From the NCBI GenBank assembly GCA_002633005.1, contig NMRA01001032.1, forward strand, positions 1-64,000: a stretch of DNA of 64,000 nt, in the 5' to 3' direction. Within the stretch, counting starts at the first letter, position 1; each line of letters starts with the position of its first letter. Positions 38,301 to 51,900 of this stretch are shown piece by piece. Below the pieces are notes generated by a model, which saw only the letters and a program-made list of their open reading frames with translations, was not told where the DNA came from and did no database searches. The DNA comes from Phoronis australis. Taxonomy: Eukaryota > Animalia > Phoronida. A program made the position numbers and the translations under genes.

Positions 38301-39097
38301 TGTAAGTACACACATCTACGCGCGCGGCACGTTGTGCTGAGTGGGGGAAGATCAGAAAGGGGTTTCCCTCCCGCCTAAGAAACCTTTGATTTTTGTCCTT
38401 GAAAGGAAGTACTTTCTTGATTTCTGCAGGATCAGCTTGCTAATTTTGCTTATCGATGTCTTTCGTTGAACGTAACACCCTAATTTCGTACCTTAACTGC
38501 TTTCCCGGCGTTCTTCCAATGCATGCAGTGCACAGGTAGATCGAAGGATAGCAATCTTCCATAGGCCCTTCCCCCCTTGGCTGCCGCAAGCAAAACGAAA
38601 CGGCAACAACGTGAGGAAATATTGAGTTCAGCAAGTAGGACCGGTAGCGGATGAGGGGGAACTCAGACCCCGAATCGCGGCGGAATCATGTTCCCGATTT
38701 TTTTTAGTGCACCGATAGATTTTCTGAACAGAAGGTCCACATACCCTACCCGGCAACTTTCGGGTAGCGCTTTGCCCAATTCCCCGAGGCAACATGTCGG
38801 CCCCCCCTTATGGTATCCTAGATCCGCCACTGTCTTCACAAATACTAGATCTGTTTACATCAGATCCGTCAGCTTCAAAAAAGCCGCTATTGTGCAGAGC
38901 TCGGCTGTTGCCCGACAGCTCGACAGCAGGTAACTTTTAGCACCCAGACAAAAGAGAGTTCAAACTTATTTGCCCGACTGGCATATTTAAATGAAAGTTC
39001 TGTTTAGGAATTTTATTCCCTTTGAACGTTAATTGAACAGTAACAGTTTAGTGACCTCCATTCTATCTCGTATATAAAACAGGCTTATAAAAACAGA

Positions 39098-39099
<2 letters not shown>

Positions 39100-39140
<41 letters not shown>

Positions 39141-39166
39141 ATATGTATATGTATATGTATATACAT
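39100..39166. repeat. (TA)n / (TATATG)n microsatellite
   Basis: Directly visible. Confidence 0.9.
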
Positions 39167-40080
39167 AGATTATTACATGGCGAAGTCGTAATCCCCCGTA
39201 ATCTAGAAATCGAGTGGATTTTGGAAAATTATCGCTCGAGGGGCTCTAGATAAGGGGTAAATCGACTGAGAACATGTAATAATCTTTTTATACCACAAAC
39301 TGAACGGGGAACATTACAATGATTCGATCTGCCTTTCTCGACTCGCCTCGGCTTTTGTAACTACTTTCTATGTCAGAGGCCTGAGGTCGGAGGTCGTGAC
39401 CTTTCAAGGAACGCCGATTTTTTCTTGTTAAAATGATGTTTTTACTTAAAGCAAAATAAAAATTGAACCAAAATAGAACTAAATTGAATCTGTTAACAAT
39501 TTTTTTTCAAGCATCTACTCTAGTTTACTACACATCTTATCATGCTAAGCTTCCATTGTGAAAATATTGTCTGCTAAAGTAGGTTACCACTGCTTACTGA
39601 GTTTAATGTCCAAGTCAAAGCATCCCGACCACACGTTACTCGCATTCACATTGGAGATCGATGATTTACAAGTGAGAGAAAATAACTGATTAAATTTTAC
39701 TGAATTAAAGATGTCGTTTTCATTGCAATTTTGAGTCTCAGTTTTCATAGCGTATAAATGTCGGTGCAATGCCTTTTGCTGAACATGCTATTGTTGCGCG
39801 TGCTCATTTAAAGTCCTTCTTGCAAACTGCCCTTGTGGTTCCAGTATCCGAAAATACTTACTACATAAATTCTTATTTTCGACACCCTTTCTTTATATTC
39901 TTTTCGCCTTTCTTGCCAAAAGCGATTTTTAACAGTATTTGACCCTTCTCTCTGAGCGTATGATTACCGGTTGTCATCGGTTATTTCCGTACCCACATTT
40001 CCGGCTCATCAGTTCAGGAACTTGTCCTGAACGCCGCCATTTTTTCCTTGTAACTGAATGTGCTATGGCTTGCTCGAAAA

Positions 40081-40837
40081 NNNNNNNNNNNNNNNNNNNN
40101 NNNNNNNNNNNNNNNNNNNNNNNNNNNNNNNNNNNNNNNNNNNNNNNNNNNNNNNNNNNNNNNNNNNNNNNNNNNNNNNNNNNNNNNNNNNNNNNNNNNN
40201 NNNNNNNNNNNNNNNNNNNNNNNNNNNNNNNNNNNNNNNNNNNNNNNNNNNNNNNNNNNNNNNNNNNNNNNNNNNNNNNNNNNNNNNNNNNNNNNNNNNN
40301 NNNNNNNNNNNNNNNNNNNNNNNNNNNNNNNNNNNNNNNNNNNNNNNNNNNNNNNNNNNNNNNNNNNNNNNNNNNNNNNNNNNNNNNNNNNNNNNNNNNN
40401 NNNNNNNNNNNNNNNNNNNNNNNNNNNNNNNNNNNNNNNNNNNNNNNNNNNNNNNNNNNNNNNNNNNNNNNNNNNNNNNNNNNNNNNNNNNNNNNNNNNN
40501 NNNNNNNNNNNNNNNNNNNNNNNNNNNNNNNNNNNNNNNNNNNNNNNNNNNNNNNNNNNNNNNNNNNNNNNNNNNNNNNNNNNNNNNNNNNNNNNNNNNN
40601 NNNNNNNNNNNNNNNNNNNNNNNNNNNNNNNNNNNNNNNNNNNNNNNNNNNNNNNNNNNNNNNNNNNNNNNNNNNNNNNNNNNNNNNNNNNNNNNNNNNN
40701 NNNNNNNNNNNNNNNNNNNNNNNNNNNNNNNNNNNNNNNNNNNNNNNNNNNNNNNNNNNNNNNNNNNNNNNNNNNNNNNNNNNNNNNNNNNNNNNNNNNN
40801 NNNNNNNNNNNNNNNNNNNNNNNNNNNNNNNNNNNNN
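40081..40837. other. Assembly gap (N run)
   Basis: 757 Ns. Confidence 1.
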
Positions 40838-41422
40838 CTAACCAGCCCGTAATTTCATGCAAGTGTCTGAAACTACCCTTGAATATATGCAGCATTTATC
40901 ATTTGACCATTTTACTTCGACAAAACAGCTTGCAACCGCATGCATTTACCGTTCGCCAGTGTTTGGTCTCGATCCGCACCGGGTCCGATAGGCTGCGGTC
41001 CCGAGTCTGGCAAAATAATTTCTGTCAAAATTTATTCGCCACATTTCTTCAGCAAATTGCATAAAATTGTCCGTAGTTCGATTTTATCAAAATTAAGGAG
41101 CACTGTCGATTTTTTTTATCCACGTTTGCTGGCTGGTAACAGTACAGGCACTGCTCCAGTCGCACTGACGGCGTTTTCACGGCCTGGGTTCCTAAATGAA
41201 TTGTACTTCCGGGTTCGCGGCAAGTTCAAAATGGCGGTGTTTCTTCGGGTGCGAATCGTGAGTGGCGCGTTCATTTAAACTGTTTTCGAATACGGATCGT
41301 GTATTAGTTATAGGGTAGGTACTTCTTGGATCCTTATAACATCTTCTAACCATGTAATAAGGGTTAACAACGCGTGACAGAAGGACTTTAAGAATTCTAT
41401 TTTCACGTTCGATGACGTCAGC

Positions 41423-41493
41423 GGCTGAGTGGTGTAGTGGTAAAGTCGGCAAATCGAAAGTTTTGACGCCCGGATTCGAACCCGGTCTCGGTT
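41423..41493 (+). repeat. tRNA-derived remnant (SINE head or tRNA pseudogene)
   Basis: A-box-like TGGTGTAGTGG and B-box-like GGATTCGAACCC with tRNA spacing. Acceptor and anticodon stems pair poorly. Confidence 0.35.
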
Positions 41494-41998
41494 TCCCGCC
41501 AAAATGTTATCTCACGGTTGTATCTGCCATTCGAGGCTAATATTGTGGTATAAATATACATATGCATAGATTAGAAGTTCCATAGTTAAACTACGTGAAG
41601 CCACGTTTCTCACGGGGTGACATTTTTGGGGTTGTATGTAGCTCTCTGTCAACCATACGCGTGGTTATACGCAGATAAGGGAATTTGGTGTATTAACCTT
41701 ATTGCAACATCGCATAAAAAGCGCACAATTATTAAACACTAACGCTGACTTTGACGTTGGCCGTTCTTGTTCCATACAACCTGCTTTCTATGAATACTTG
41801 TTCAAATCTCTCACTGTGTTTTTTAATGAAATAGGGGGACGTTTTGTACTGAGAATGAATGTTTTCAAACAGACACAAAAATGATATCACGGTGGGTATC
41901 CTCACGTTACGATTTAAGTGGCAAACAGAAGCTCACAGCCTCAATTCAGTTTTTCGTAGCGAACTACAGAAGGGCCTAGTTATGTTACAAACAATACC

Positions 41999-42909
41999 GG
42001 ATTGTTCTAAGACACCCACGACCCCTCGACCCACGAACTTATCGACCCACGAACCCCTCGACCAACGACCCCATCTACCCACGAGCCACTACCTTCATCC
42101 CCTCGACCCACGGCCCACAACCCCCTCAACCCAGACTACACAAGCTCGAATCGATCTGAACATGGAACAAGCGCTGACTTGCAGGACCAACGACGAGTCT
42201 GGACGTGAGCTCGGGTGGCTTTTCCCTATTGTTTGCAATAAGAGAGTCAATTCCGGAATTTTGAAGACCAAAAACAGAAAAAATGACCAAATCAAATCAA
42301 AGACCTACCGGCGATACAAATGTCGCTCCCGGCAAATTGAAATCGTCTCGTCTACTCTTCAATGAATGGCAGATTCAACCTTTTTGGGAGAGTGCGAGGA
42401 ACTGATGGATATGTGATCTCTTCAGTTAATACAGTTTGAAAAAACAAACTGTCAATTAAAAATATTTCAACTTTACTTGGTGTATCTTTTAAACGAGAAT
42501 GCAACAAAACGCAAATAATAAAAGTTTGAAATTATGTACATTCACGTCAGCGTACTCTCTCCCTAAGTTTAGTAGAACAGGGCCATTGGTATCCGGTAGT
42601 GGAACTAGTTTCGTGACAAAGATAGCACGCTCACAATTCGCTATTTCATATCATGTTCTTACGCTACTTTCTGTTTTTAAACACCGGATTTGAGCCAGAG
42701 CAGATTCGCCTTTAAGCAAATCTCATGGGAAAGTCATTCAGCGAAGTAAATATGATTAAGCAATGTGCAAAAAGCGCAAAGATACATCTATTGCTACAGA
42801 TCGTGGGTCGAGGGGGTTCTGGGTCATGGGTCGTGGGGGTTGTGGGTCGAGGGGGTATTGGGTCGCGGAAGTCGTGGGGTGTGAGGGTCGAGGGGTTTTA
42901 GAACAATCC
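41999..42909. mobile_element. Mutator-like MITE
   Basis: TIR ggattgttctaa..acccctcgaccc / gggtcgagggg..ttagaacaatcc, flanked by aacaatacc / aacaatact (9-bp TSD, 1 mismatch). Confidence 0.75.
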
Positions 42910-45751
42910 AACAATACTGACCTTGCCGATAGCTCCGAAATAATTAATTGAGGTTGGCAACCTCTTCGTTTCCAAGAAAGGACTACTCTGCATCCGATGG
43001 TGTCAAGATTTTCTCGAGATATTGTAAGGGTTGAACCAAGGAACCGTTTTCAAATTCTTTTGAAACAGCACTCGCTGTAGAAATATTAATAGTAATACTA
43101 ATTATAATGATAATGATTAGCCAAATTCAAGCCATGTCAGTCCGGAAGGTTTCAAGAGGTATACGAATGGTATTGCCCAAAAGGATGTTTTCTCACAACA
43201 AAAATGCTCCCCAAAAGGTGCCATTTTCCGACGAAATACTATCTAAAAGGGCGCCTTTTCTGAATTTCTGGAACATATCTGGGCAAAAATGTGAATTTTG
43301 TACCCAAAATTACACTCTAAATGAGTCACTTTTTGTCGGAGCTCACTCTCTAAATGGGTATGTATCCAAATTTTCAAGCGGCACCCCTCGCCCAAAAATA
43401 CTCGCGTACCCCCGGCCGTGTCAAACACCACTTGTTCGTGATTTTTGTCATTTACTTTGTGATATGATGTTGGATCCATAAAATGTAACTATGGCACATT
43501 TCTCGCATGCACATTCGATATAAAATGTAACAATTACGTAAAATGAAAGAGCTTGTTACAATTTAGGAGAGGCTTACCAACGTAAAATGTAAGAATGACG
43601 TAAAATGTAAGAGTTGTTACATTTTACGAAATTGTTACATTTTACGCCGTATCAACGCACCTCCGCCGGTCGTTAGCTACATGTTGATATAGGTTTTGCA
43701 ACGAGCTGTGTGAAATTTCGGGTCGAAGTTCAACAGAGTGTAGCCAGCCAGCTAGCTGCATGAAAGCTATCGTCAAAATACATTATATATTTAGTGTACA
43801 GCTTAGCACCAAGGCTACACACAGTGGTACCTAACTGTATTTTAATATTTGTCTGCATGCAGCTAGCTGGCAGTCTAGTTACGACGATGCTTTACCCGAG
43901 AACCAGTTATCCTCGAACGCGTTTTGACTTGACTAAAACGTCAAATTTGAAAAAAAGTTTTAAAATTAACGCAATGGATAAAATTGCATTTCTTTAGCAC
44001 ACAAATATGCGATGTGGTTGGTTTTTAATTTTAAATGTTGTTGTAGTCTTAGGGCCAGAGAGTACTGGCGCTCCATTTTCCTGTTCCTGGAAAAGGCGTA
44101 TGATTTCATCATGTTTACTCTGTTCGCTGTTTATATCGCCTGAACAACTCGATGTCGGACACTGTTGTTATCGTTGATGACTGTGCTGGTACATGTAAGC
44201 CCGTACAGGAGTGCAAAAGAGACAAAAATAACAGTTTGTAGTTATCCGCTGTACGTAAATTGTTCAAGTTGGACTCGAACAGTAATGAAGTATAATGCCA
44301 AGAGCGGGAGTTTTTGGTTAGGTCTTCTTTCAATTATTTAAATGTTATCACAATGGAGTGGGGGCGGTCATGTTTAGTCTCCGGCGGTCCTGTTTTGTGG
44401 TGGGGCGGTCATGTTTTTAAGTGCGTAAGTTCCCTTGATCCGCGTAAGTCATGTTTTGTGACGAGTCGGTCCGATTTGGACGACCGATGGGAATGTTTGG
44501 GGTCCGACGGTCATGTTGTTTCTCACCCGCGAGCTGCTCATCCCTGGAGCATTACTACGGACATGGTGACTTACGAAAAACGCTTTACGTAACTTCGAGT
44601 TAGTCACTGATTGATTGGAGCACAATGTAAATGCAGCTTTTGTAAATAATAACCATCACAGGTTTTTATTTCTGCGCGCATCGCCTATACATGACCTTGT
44701 AAATGTGGCGGGACGGGCTGTTCTTCGTCATGAGTCACTATTCAAATTCTGATGACCATGTGAGGTCTACTTTAAGCTATTATTGATCGACAAATGCCCA
44801 TGCGGGTTCTCTAAAGACCTCGTGCTTCGAGTCAGTCTTTAATCGGAGTTCGCGAAGTGTGGCTGCATCGTTGATAGACATTCAATATTTGATTAAACTG
44901 CAGTCGCTGGTCTTATTTACTTGAATTGCGAACTCGTGACATAAATATATTACTTAACTATTTATTTATCTATTCATGTTATACTCTACGTACTCTACCT
45001 CCAAATTTGTTCTTTATTAACCTTCAGACTTTATAATGTACTGTGGATTTAGTCTACTTTGTTTAGCACACTGTTGTACTACTTATCTTGGTAAGAGAAA
45101 CATCCCGATGGACTTATGTTGCCTGCTTTATATTCACTGACGTAAAATGACGCTCATGTATCTTGTATCTTGTATCTTGTAGTCAAGCTTCTCCAGAGAC
45201 CAAAGGTGCAAGTTTAGTTACGTAACTTTTTGTCACATATTGATTCGCTCCTGCATGGTAAATATTTTGTAGCCTATTTCATAAAGGTGGTTTAAATATT
45301 AACCTAATCTGTACAAAGATAAGAACCCATTACCTGGTGATCCGTACTTTTAGAACAGCTGTCTAGCCAAACCTGGTCTAAACCAGTGTTTATTCCACCA
45401 CCGAGATCTGAACTCCTTAGACCTGCGTTTTAATATAAGGTGTTACAGGTTTAACTTGATATCTGGTTAACGTGCCCGATAAATATGAACTCTAACGTGT
45501 AGTGGTAATTAATTTAACTAGGTAACACGGATTCAATCAAAATTCCCTGCAAAGGTGTCTTAAGTAACAAAGTAAGCGAATGACTAGTGACTTTTTCAAC
45601 GAAAAAATGGAATGAAAACTGTCTGTTTCAAGGGTTTGTCGAGTTAGCCGATTTTTTGGTTTCTGTCAAACGACTTTGTTTGAGCTTAGTGTGGTAGAGT
45701 GAAGTTTCTACGGTGACCCATAGATGACATTGCGTGTTTTTTGCTTTTCTC

Positions 45752-45912
45752 AGGATCTCGTTATCCCGACTTAATTATCTTGGGATCTCGAGATCCCGAC
45801 TTAATGATCTCGGTGTATCGAGATCCCGATTAAATTATCTCGGCATTTCGAGATCCCGACTTAATTATTTCGGAATCTTGAAAACCCGACTTAATTATCT
45901 CGGGATCTTGAG
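45752..45912. repeat. 30-bp tandem minisatellite, about 5 copies
   Basis: Unit approximately ggatctcgagatcccgacttaattatctcg, head-to-tail with no spacers. Confidence 0.9.
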
Positions 45913-48900
45913 CATGGTGCTTCCCTGGCCTCGATATTTTTCGTTCTGTGAAACCAAGCACATCATCAATGTCTGAACAACTGTTACTACACGCAAGACC
46001 TAGTCTCGGCAGCAAAAGCCGAAGGTGCCTAACGCTAATAATGTAACGCTAATAATGATACCAACAAGATACCCGAGCATGTCCACAGTTTCTGTTTGCG
46101 AAAACCCTAAGTTGGAAGATCTCAAACAGCTTCACCTCTATCCAAGTTGAAATATTCTTGGTAACAGAAATCAAGGCCTATCATGTTAGAGGCCTAATTC
46201 TGTAATTTTTGTTCTTCAGCCAGCAAAACTAGTAGTTCTGCAGTATTTCGCGGAAAGAGTATCTTTAAAATCACCCCATTAACATCAGAAACGTAAATCT
46301 GTTGTGGCGTGATAACTCAAAGTCCTGCCCATTCCGCATGCTATCTGGCCTGTTGACAGATGGAGGTGCTAGATATAAGCGATGTCTGATGTTTTGTTGA
46401 TGTGATGCGTCTTGATAAGTCTACATGTATTATAAATTGCAGATGGTCTTGATCACTAGTCATGATGATTATGTTGGAGTCATCGAAACATGTTGAAGCT
46501 GAAAAATCTCGTTGTTTTTATTAATAATGTCACTTACTTTTCTTTGTTGAGGGCATAAGCGTTATACTTAAGTTTCACACCAGATAGGGTCGTACGTATT
46601 TTCACAAACGTTGAAAGTTGAGTCATCTATCTTGTTACTTAAAATATAGAAATGTTATCAGTGCAACTATATTTCATAAAGTGACATGCCCATCACTATG
46701 TCATGGCTCAGAAATATGAGGTTTTAAGGAGTACGTTTGAAAAGGAAAGGTGCATTTACGTAAAACTATTCTTGGAATACAGTATAAGTAGGAATCACCA
46801 GCTTTAATTCTATACAGTTTTGCTCGAGTGGTACTCAATTTTTTTCGGTAGGGATGCCGCTGAAAAAGTAGCCTACCTTCGCAACCTTTATTTTCTTGTA
46901 CAGAATTCCTACATTGTCTTTTCTTTTAACAGCTGTCACTAATCTTTTAGCAATTTTTAAACTGTTCCCATAAAATTTTCATGTCCCCTCGTGGGTTTCT
47001 GAGTTGTTATCCTTGTCCAACTGAGGCTGAACGCCTTCTGGAACATGTGTTTTTTGCTGTACCGTTTTTACTTGGCGGAATTTTTCGAATTCCGACAAGT
47101 ATGTTGGTCTGCCGTCAAGTTTTTTTTTGTTCGATCCGCACAAAATTCGCCTACGACGTGTAAATCTGGAAGTCCTAGAAGCCTGTTGTTTTTTGTCATG
47201 GTCAGATTCAAAATGGCGGACGTGATGGCCATTTTGTTTCCGGTTTCAAATTCAAATGCTCATTGAGGCCGCATTTTTCAAGGTACAGAGCTGAAACTTG
47301 GAGCGATTATTACCAGACACAAGTTCTACAACTGCGCGGTAAATGGTTAACTTCCGGTTGAAGATGACGGAAATATTGGCTATGGCGCATGCGCACCTCA
47401 ATATCTGGGCGAAAACATTTTCTCCTGTAGAGGGCGCATTGGTGAACCAATCATTTTCAATCTCGTCACCTGTTTCGTTTGATTGGCTACTATAAAAATA
47501 ATTTAACCGGATGTTACTTTCAAGATGGCGGCTCTGGCGCATTTTCACCCATTTTTGATCGTTCTGCGGTCGCATTTTTAACGGAAAAGCAAATGACGTG
47601 AATTTTTGCTTGTGGATTTCTTCAATTTTGCAAATTTAAAGCTCTCCGATAACTTTTCTCTCGGACTTGCCGTTTTCGAGTTATTTGACTTTGAATTTCA
47701 AAAAAACCCGAAAAAATTCATTTTTTTCGAAAATTTACGGAATCGTGCGTTGCTATCAATTAAGATAGAGTTTTGAACGGGCTTTCAGATGATGTTTTCC
47801 AGTTTTGGCTAGGACGTCTACTTTTCAAATTATTCGAGATTTTCTGATTTCGCTGTTCCTTTGTTGAGCGCTCTTGCTGCATTGAAGTTGGTTCAGCTTC
47901 TATTGAACAAGACTGCAGCCTATTTCTTAGTAATTTCTTCGCTAGTCACATGAATGTTATCGTGTTGTTCATTATCGCCGCCTTCATCGTCATCATCGTC
48001 GTCGTCCTCCTCCTCCCTATTATCGTCTTTTCGCTTAAATTCGCCAAGTGTCGAGCGCCCTCGTTTGTTATTTTTTTCCTTCACCTAAGGACCGCCTTAA
48101 CTGTCACGGGACCCGGAGTTCTGGAACACCATGGTTTTGGGACCGTGAGTGTAATTGATCTTACAAATATGGGTCGATTTTGATAACAGGCCAAAATGGA
48201 AAAAACGATACACGTGTTTATACCAAGAGCTACAACTGTAGCAATGTGTCGCGTGTCTACATCTATGAAACGTAAAAAGTAACGCATTATACCCCATCTA
48301 CGGAAATCTATTTGGATACCCCCATCCTTGTGCCAAGCATCACAGCTTTTCTAAATACCCATTACCCTATAACAATAATATGTCAATGTTTGAAAGTCTC
48401 GTTAGTATTTCTGCTTCCTTGAATAGAATCCGACCGAAATTAAAAAAACCAATAAAAATAGTGATTTGCTAACACTTAATCTAACACTTGGCATCCCAAA
48501 TTTAGAGCAAAATAGTGAAAATACGATGTAAAAGTATAACCAGAAATTTATAAAACGGCACTCTTCTCTCCGGCCCGCCTTGACGTTCTTATCCAGTTGA
48601 CTGGCCCACGGAGTTAAGGACCGTCAATACAGGTCGAGCTAAAAGTATTCAGACGACGTAAAAGCTGGGTGGAAGCCGATTTCATCGTAAGAATAGTCTT
48701 TCCTCATGACCGAGAGTGAAGGGAATCAACAGGAAGCCATTTTACCATGAAGTTTGCCGCCCTAATAGTTATTGCCAGTCATTTTTGTTGTTAAGAGACT
48801 TAGCCACCATGATGTAAAGGTGGCATTTTGTCTGATTTCTTTTGTGTTGCACTGTACTTTGCTGTGTGCAATGCATGCACCCAAGTCTTAAAGTGGCTAT

Positions 48901-48926
48901 TTTGAAGGAACGTGGCCGGGAGAAAG

Positions 48927-48982
48927 ATGTTGTCTTGTCTTGAGTGGCTCTTAGTGACCTTGGCCATAACCAGCACTGTCAG
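48927..48982 (+). CDS. Gene 2 exon 1, signal peptide MLSCLEWLLVTLAITSTV
   Basis: Homologous to 6678-6733, donor AG|gtgag. Confidence 0.8.
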
Positions 48983-51900
48983 GTGAGATTAAAATATTCT
49001 TGATATTTGTGATTCCTCTGCTCATTTTTAGTGTGAATTTGTGTGACTTTTTAAAAATGTTAGCATCAGAGGTGCAAAAAGTATTTCTGTACATTTATCT
49101 GGGATGATGTAACAACGGCATGTGAATTTTAAGATGATCAAAATTCCTGAACATACACTATAAATAAACATTGGTGACATGCTTCTACCGGTGTTTCCGC
49201 ACTGCACTGTACAGTGCTCTACCGTGTGAAAGAACATCTCAGTTGCAGAAAATATACATCTCGTGTTTTATTAAGTATGAAAAAGGTTTCATTTTACGTA
49301 CACTACAGTTGGTGAGAATTTTGTGAGCAAAAACTGGCTTGTCCGATTTTCAAAATACATGTACCTAACCATATACTTTTCACGAACTATTTTAAATTCG
49401 CAGAAAGCTCAAAGGACGATTCCATTTTAAGATTAACTAAACAAAAATCCTCCAAAACTCTTACGAAACAGCACGCAAACACGTAGGGAAGTTTAGACGT
49501 TTTATTCGTGCCAAACTAATTCACCAAAAGCCGTTGTTGCTGCTTCGTCTTAGGACACTTGCAAAACCTGCAAAAACACATCCGCTGGACGTTCTTATTA
49601 TTAATGAAATTTTATTTCTTGTCTTGGTGTGTCCACCACAGAGAATCGAGATGCTAAATTCATGACTGACGCGTTCCCAGATTCCAAATAACCCAGATCC
49701 GGGTTAAACAGACGGGCCATTTAACAACTCACTGTTTGAACAATTAATCGTTTCAGTGTAAATTTTTGTTTTATTTTTGGTGGTGGGGGATGCTTAAAAT
49801 AATGTATGTTTATCAGGATGGAGTTCCGTAGACGCATCATGCTATGCAAGGTGTGACACGGGCTTCACTCGTAATCGGAATGATTGGCATTGCGTAATTT
49901 TGTTATCACGTTTTAGTCCCAGTGTGACGGTATGTCTATTCTTATTTTTGGGTCCAAAGTGTGTCATCTACTGCATGACATGTCATCATTAAACATCCAA
50001 GTACGTGGTAACAGCTCAGGAGGTTTTTCACCGGGACTCTAGCGTCTGAAAGAAACTTGTGTCTACGGAACTCTGCCAAGGTTTCTCAGAACCTATTGAC
50101 TTTGCCCAGCAAGATTTCAAGTAAACTCATCAGGAACCACTGGCACTTACAATTATGCCTGCTAAATTAACATTTATACGAATGATTTACAAATCCCATT
50201 TAAGACTCAGAGGCTTCATTTGTAATAATAGTTGATAAACCAGACCAAATCAAAGTATATACATGCACGCAGTTCTAAATATTTTGATTCTGATGTGGCT
50301 CAAGTCGTGTATCGATACTTTCGCCAACTAAGCAAGACCTTCTTCAAACGATGCATGAATGTGTGCGTACGTGTAGACTCACGTACCTTGCGGGCTAGGA
50401 AGCGTGTAGCACATTTTTAGAATAAATAAAATAAACCTGAAGGAGATTGTTGCTTTGTTAGTAGTGTGAAGGTTAACGTATAAAGATGTTTCAGCTTTCC
50501 TGCCTTATTTTCAAACCGAGTTTGTAACACGCATCTATTCCTAATATTATTCAGATTCAGGAGTTTACCACTACCCGAAGTCAATTTCCCTCACATAACA
50601 TTAAAAACTGTGTAGTCTAGAGATCTGTGCTCCGATCGTGGAATTTGTTTTCAAAATAGAATCCAGTCCTGCGTTGGCTGAACGTTTTCAGCATCAGTAG
50701 TTCTCTTTCACGCATTTCGCTGTCCTTTACGATAGGAGTGTGGACGATGAGATGTGGTGTGACTTCATCGTAGTTGGTGCTGGCACCTCCAGCCTGAGTC
50801 TCGCTGGTAGACTAGCTGAAATACCATCATGGAAAGTCTGCGTTTTTGAGAGAGGTAAGTGGCATCTCAGTTGAGTTTAATCAGTTTTTAATTAGGGGAG
50901 AAAACCCCAGTCTGTAATCGATGGGTGGATGCAATGGAGTTCAAGTGATCCGCTCCTCCATGCACGCGACCAAACAAGCACAGCCGCCATGCCGTTAGTA
51001 CCCCCACCCTAACGGCTACCTAAATTTGACAGTGATTTACGATCTTTCAGTGGTACTAAATACAAAACTACGTTACCAACTGGAAAAACATTCACCTAAA
51101 ACGTACCGCGTGGCACAATTTAGGAACCAGATTTTGCCTGTAATCAATTATATATCGTACAGTGCATTGTTTTGTAACAGTGATTGAGAGAGAGAGATAG
51201 AGAAACCCTTTAATTACATTAAATTATGATAATACAGTGCTTAAAGATTCGTTTTCAATTTAGGAGGCCTTCTAAAGGTTATTAACCGCTAATAAGAAAG
51301 ACCCATGTACAAAATAAACAAATGGACATGCAAAAATCAGTAGGAATAGGTGGGGAAGCCATATATATAACATACGTGATTGAACTTCCTAAAACCGTTT
51401 GTGGTGGTGATGTAGTAAAATCGTGTCTAAACATCTTGGTCTATTTGCATCAAGCTCTAGCCTATTTTCTTTGGCATATCGTTTGGTTCAGACATTTCTC
51501 CCGGCCGTAAATAGAAGGTTTTGTAGTGTTTTAGGAATAATGTTGTTTTCGGGACCTGTTTGAGCGGGACCTCTGCCAAAGTCATAAACCAAAGGTCAAA
51601 GGTCATGTGTAATGAGTGAAACAGAACGTGACGTCATCTAAAAACCGAAAAGAAGTAAAATGGAAGCCAAGGGTTAACATGCAATCGGTCAAAAAAGGCT
51701 TAAAATGACGTCACAACTAAAGCAGAAGGCAGTCTGCGTGTGTAACAGGAAGTGCGTCTAGAGCTGAAGTGGTGTGCTTTAATGCTGACATGTGGTAGAC
51801 GTGACAACGAAATTTAATAAAAACCGTTATTTTCGATACTTTGAATTTTGGGTAAAGCGTCAGTTTCTGTGTATACTAGCCCCACCTCTCGTCATGGTCT

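Noticed and set aside
39939-41064. Long ORFs of 260-330 aa in the ORF track
   Set aside because: They are made of X residues across the N gap.
41423-41493. Functional tRNA gene
   Set aside because: A and B boxes are present but the cloverleaf stems pair poorly. Kept only as a tRNA-derived remnant.
45752-45912. CRISPR-like 30-bp periodicity
   Set aside because: Head-to-tail repeats with no unique spacers, no cas genes, and a eukaryotic context. It is a minisatellite.
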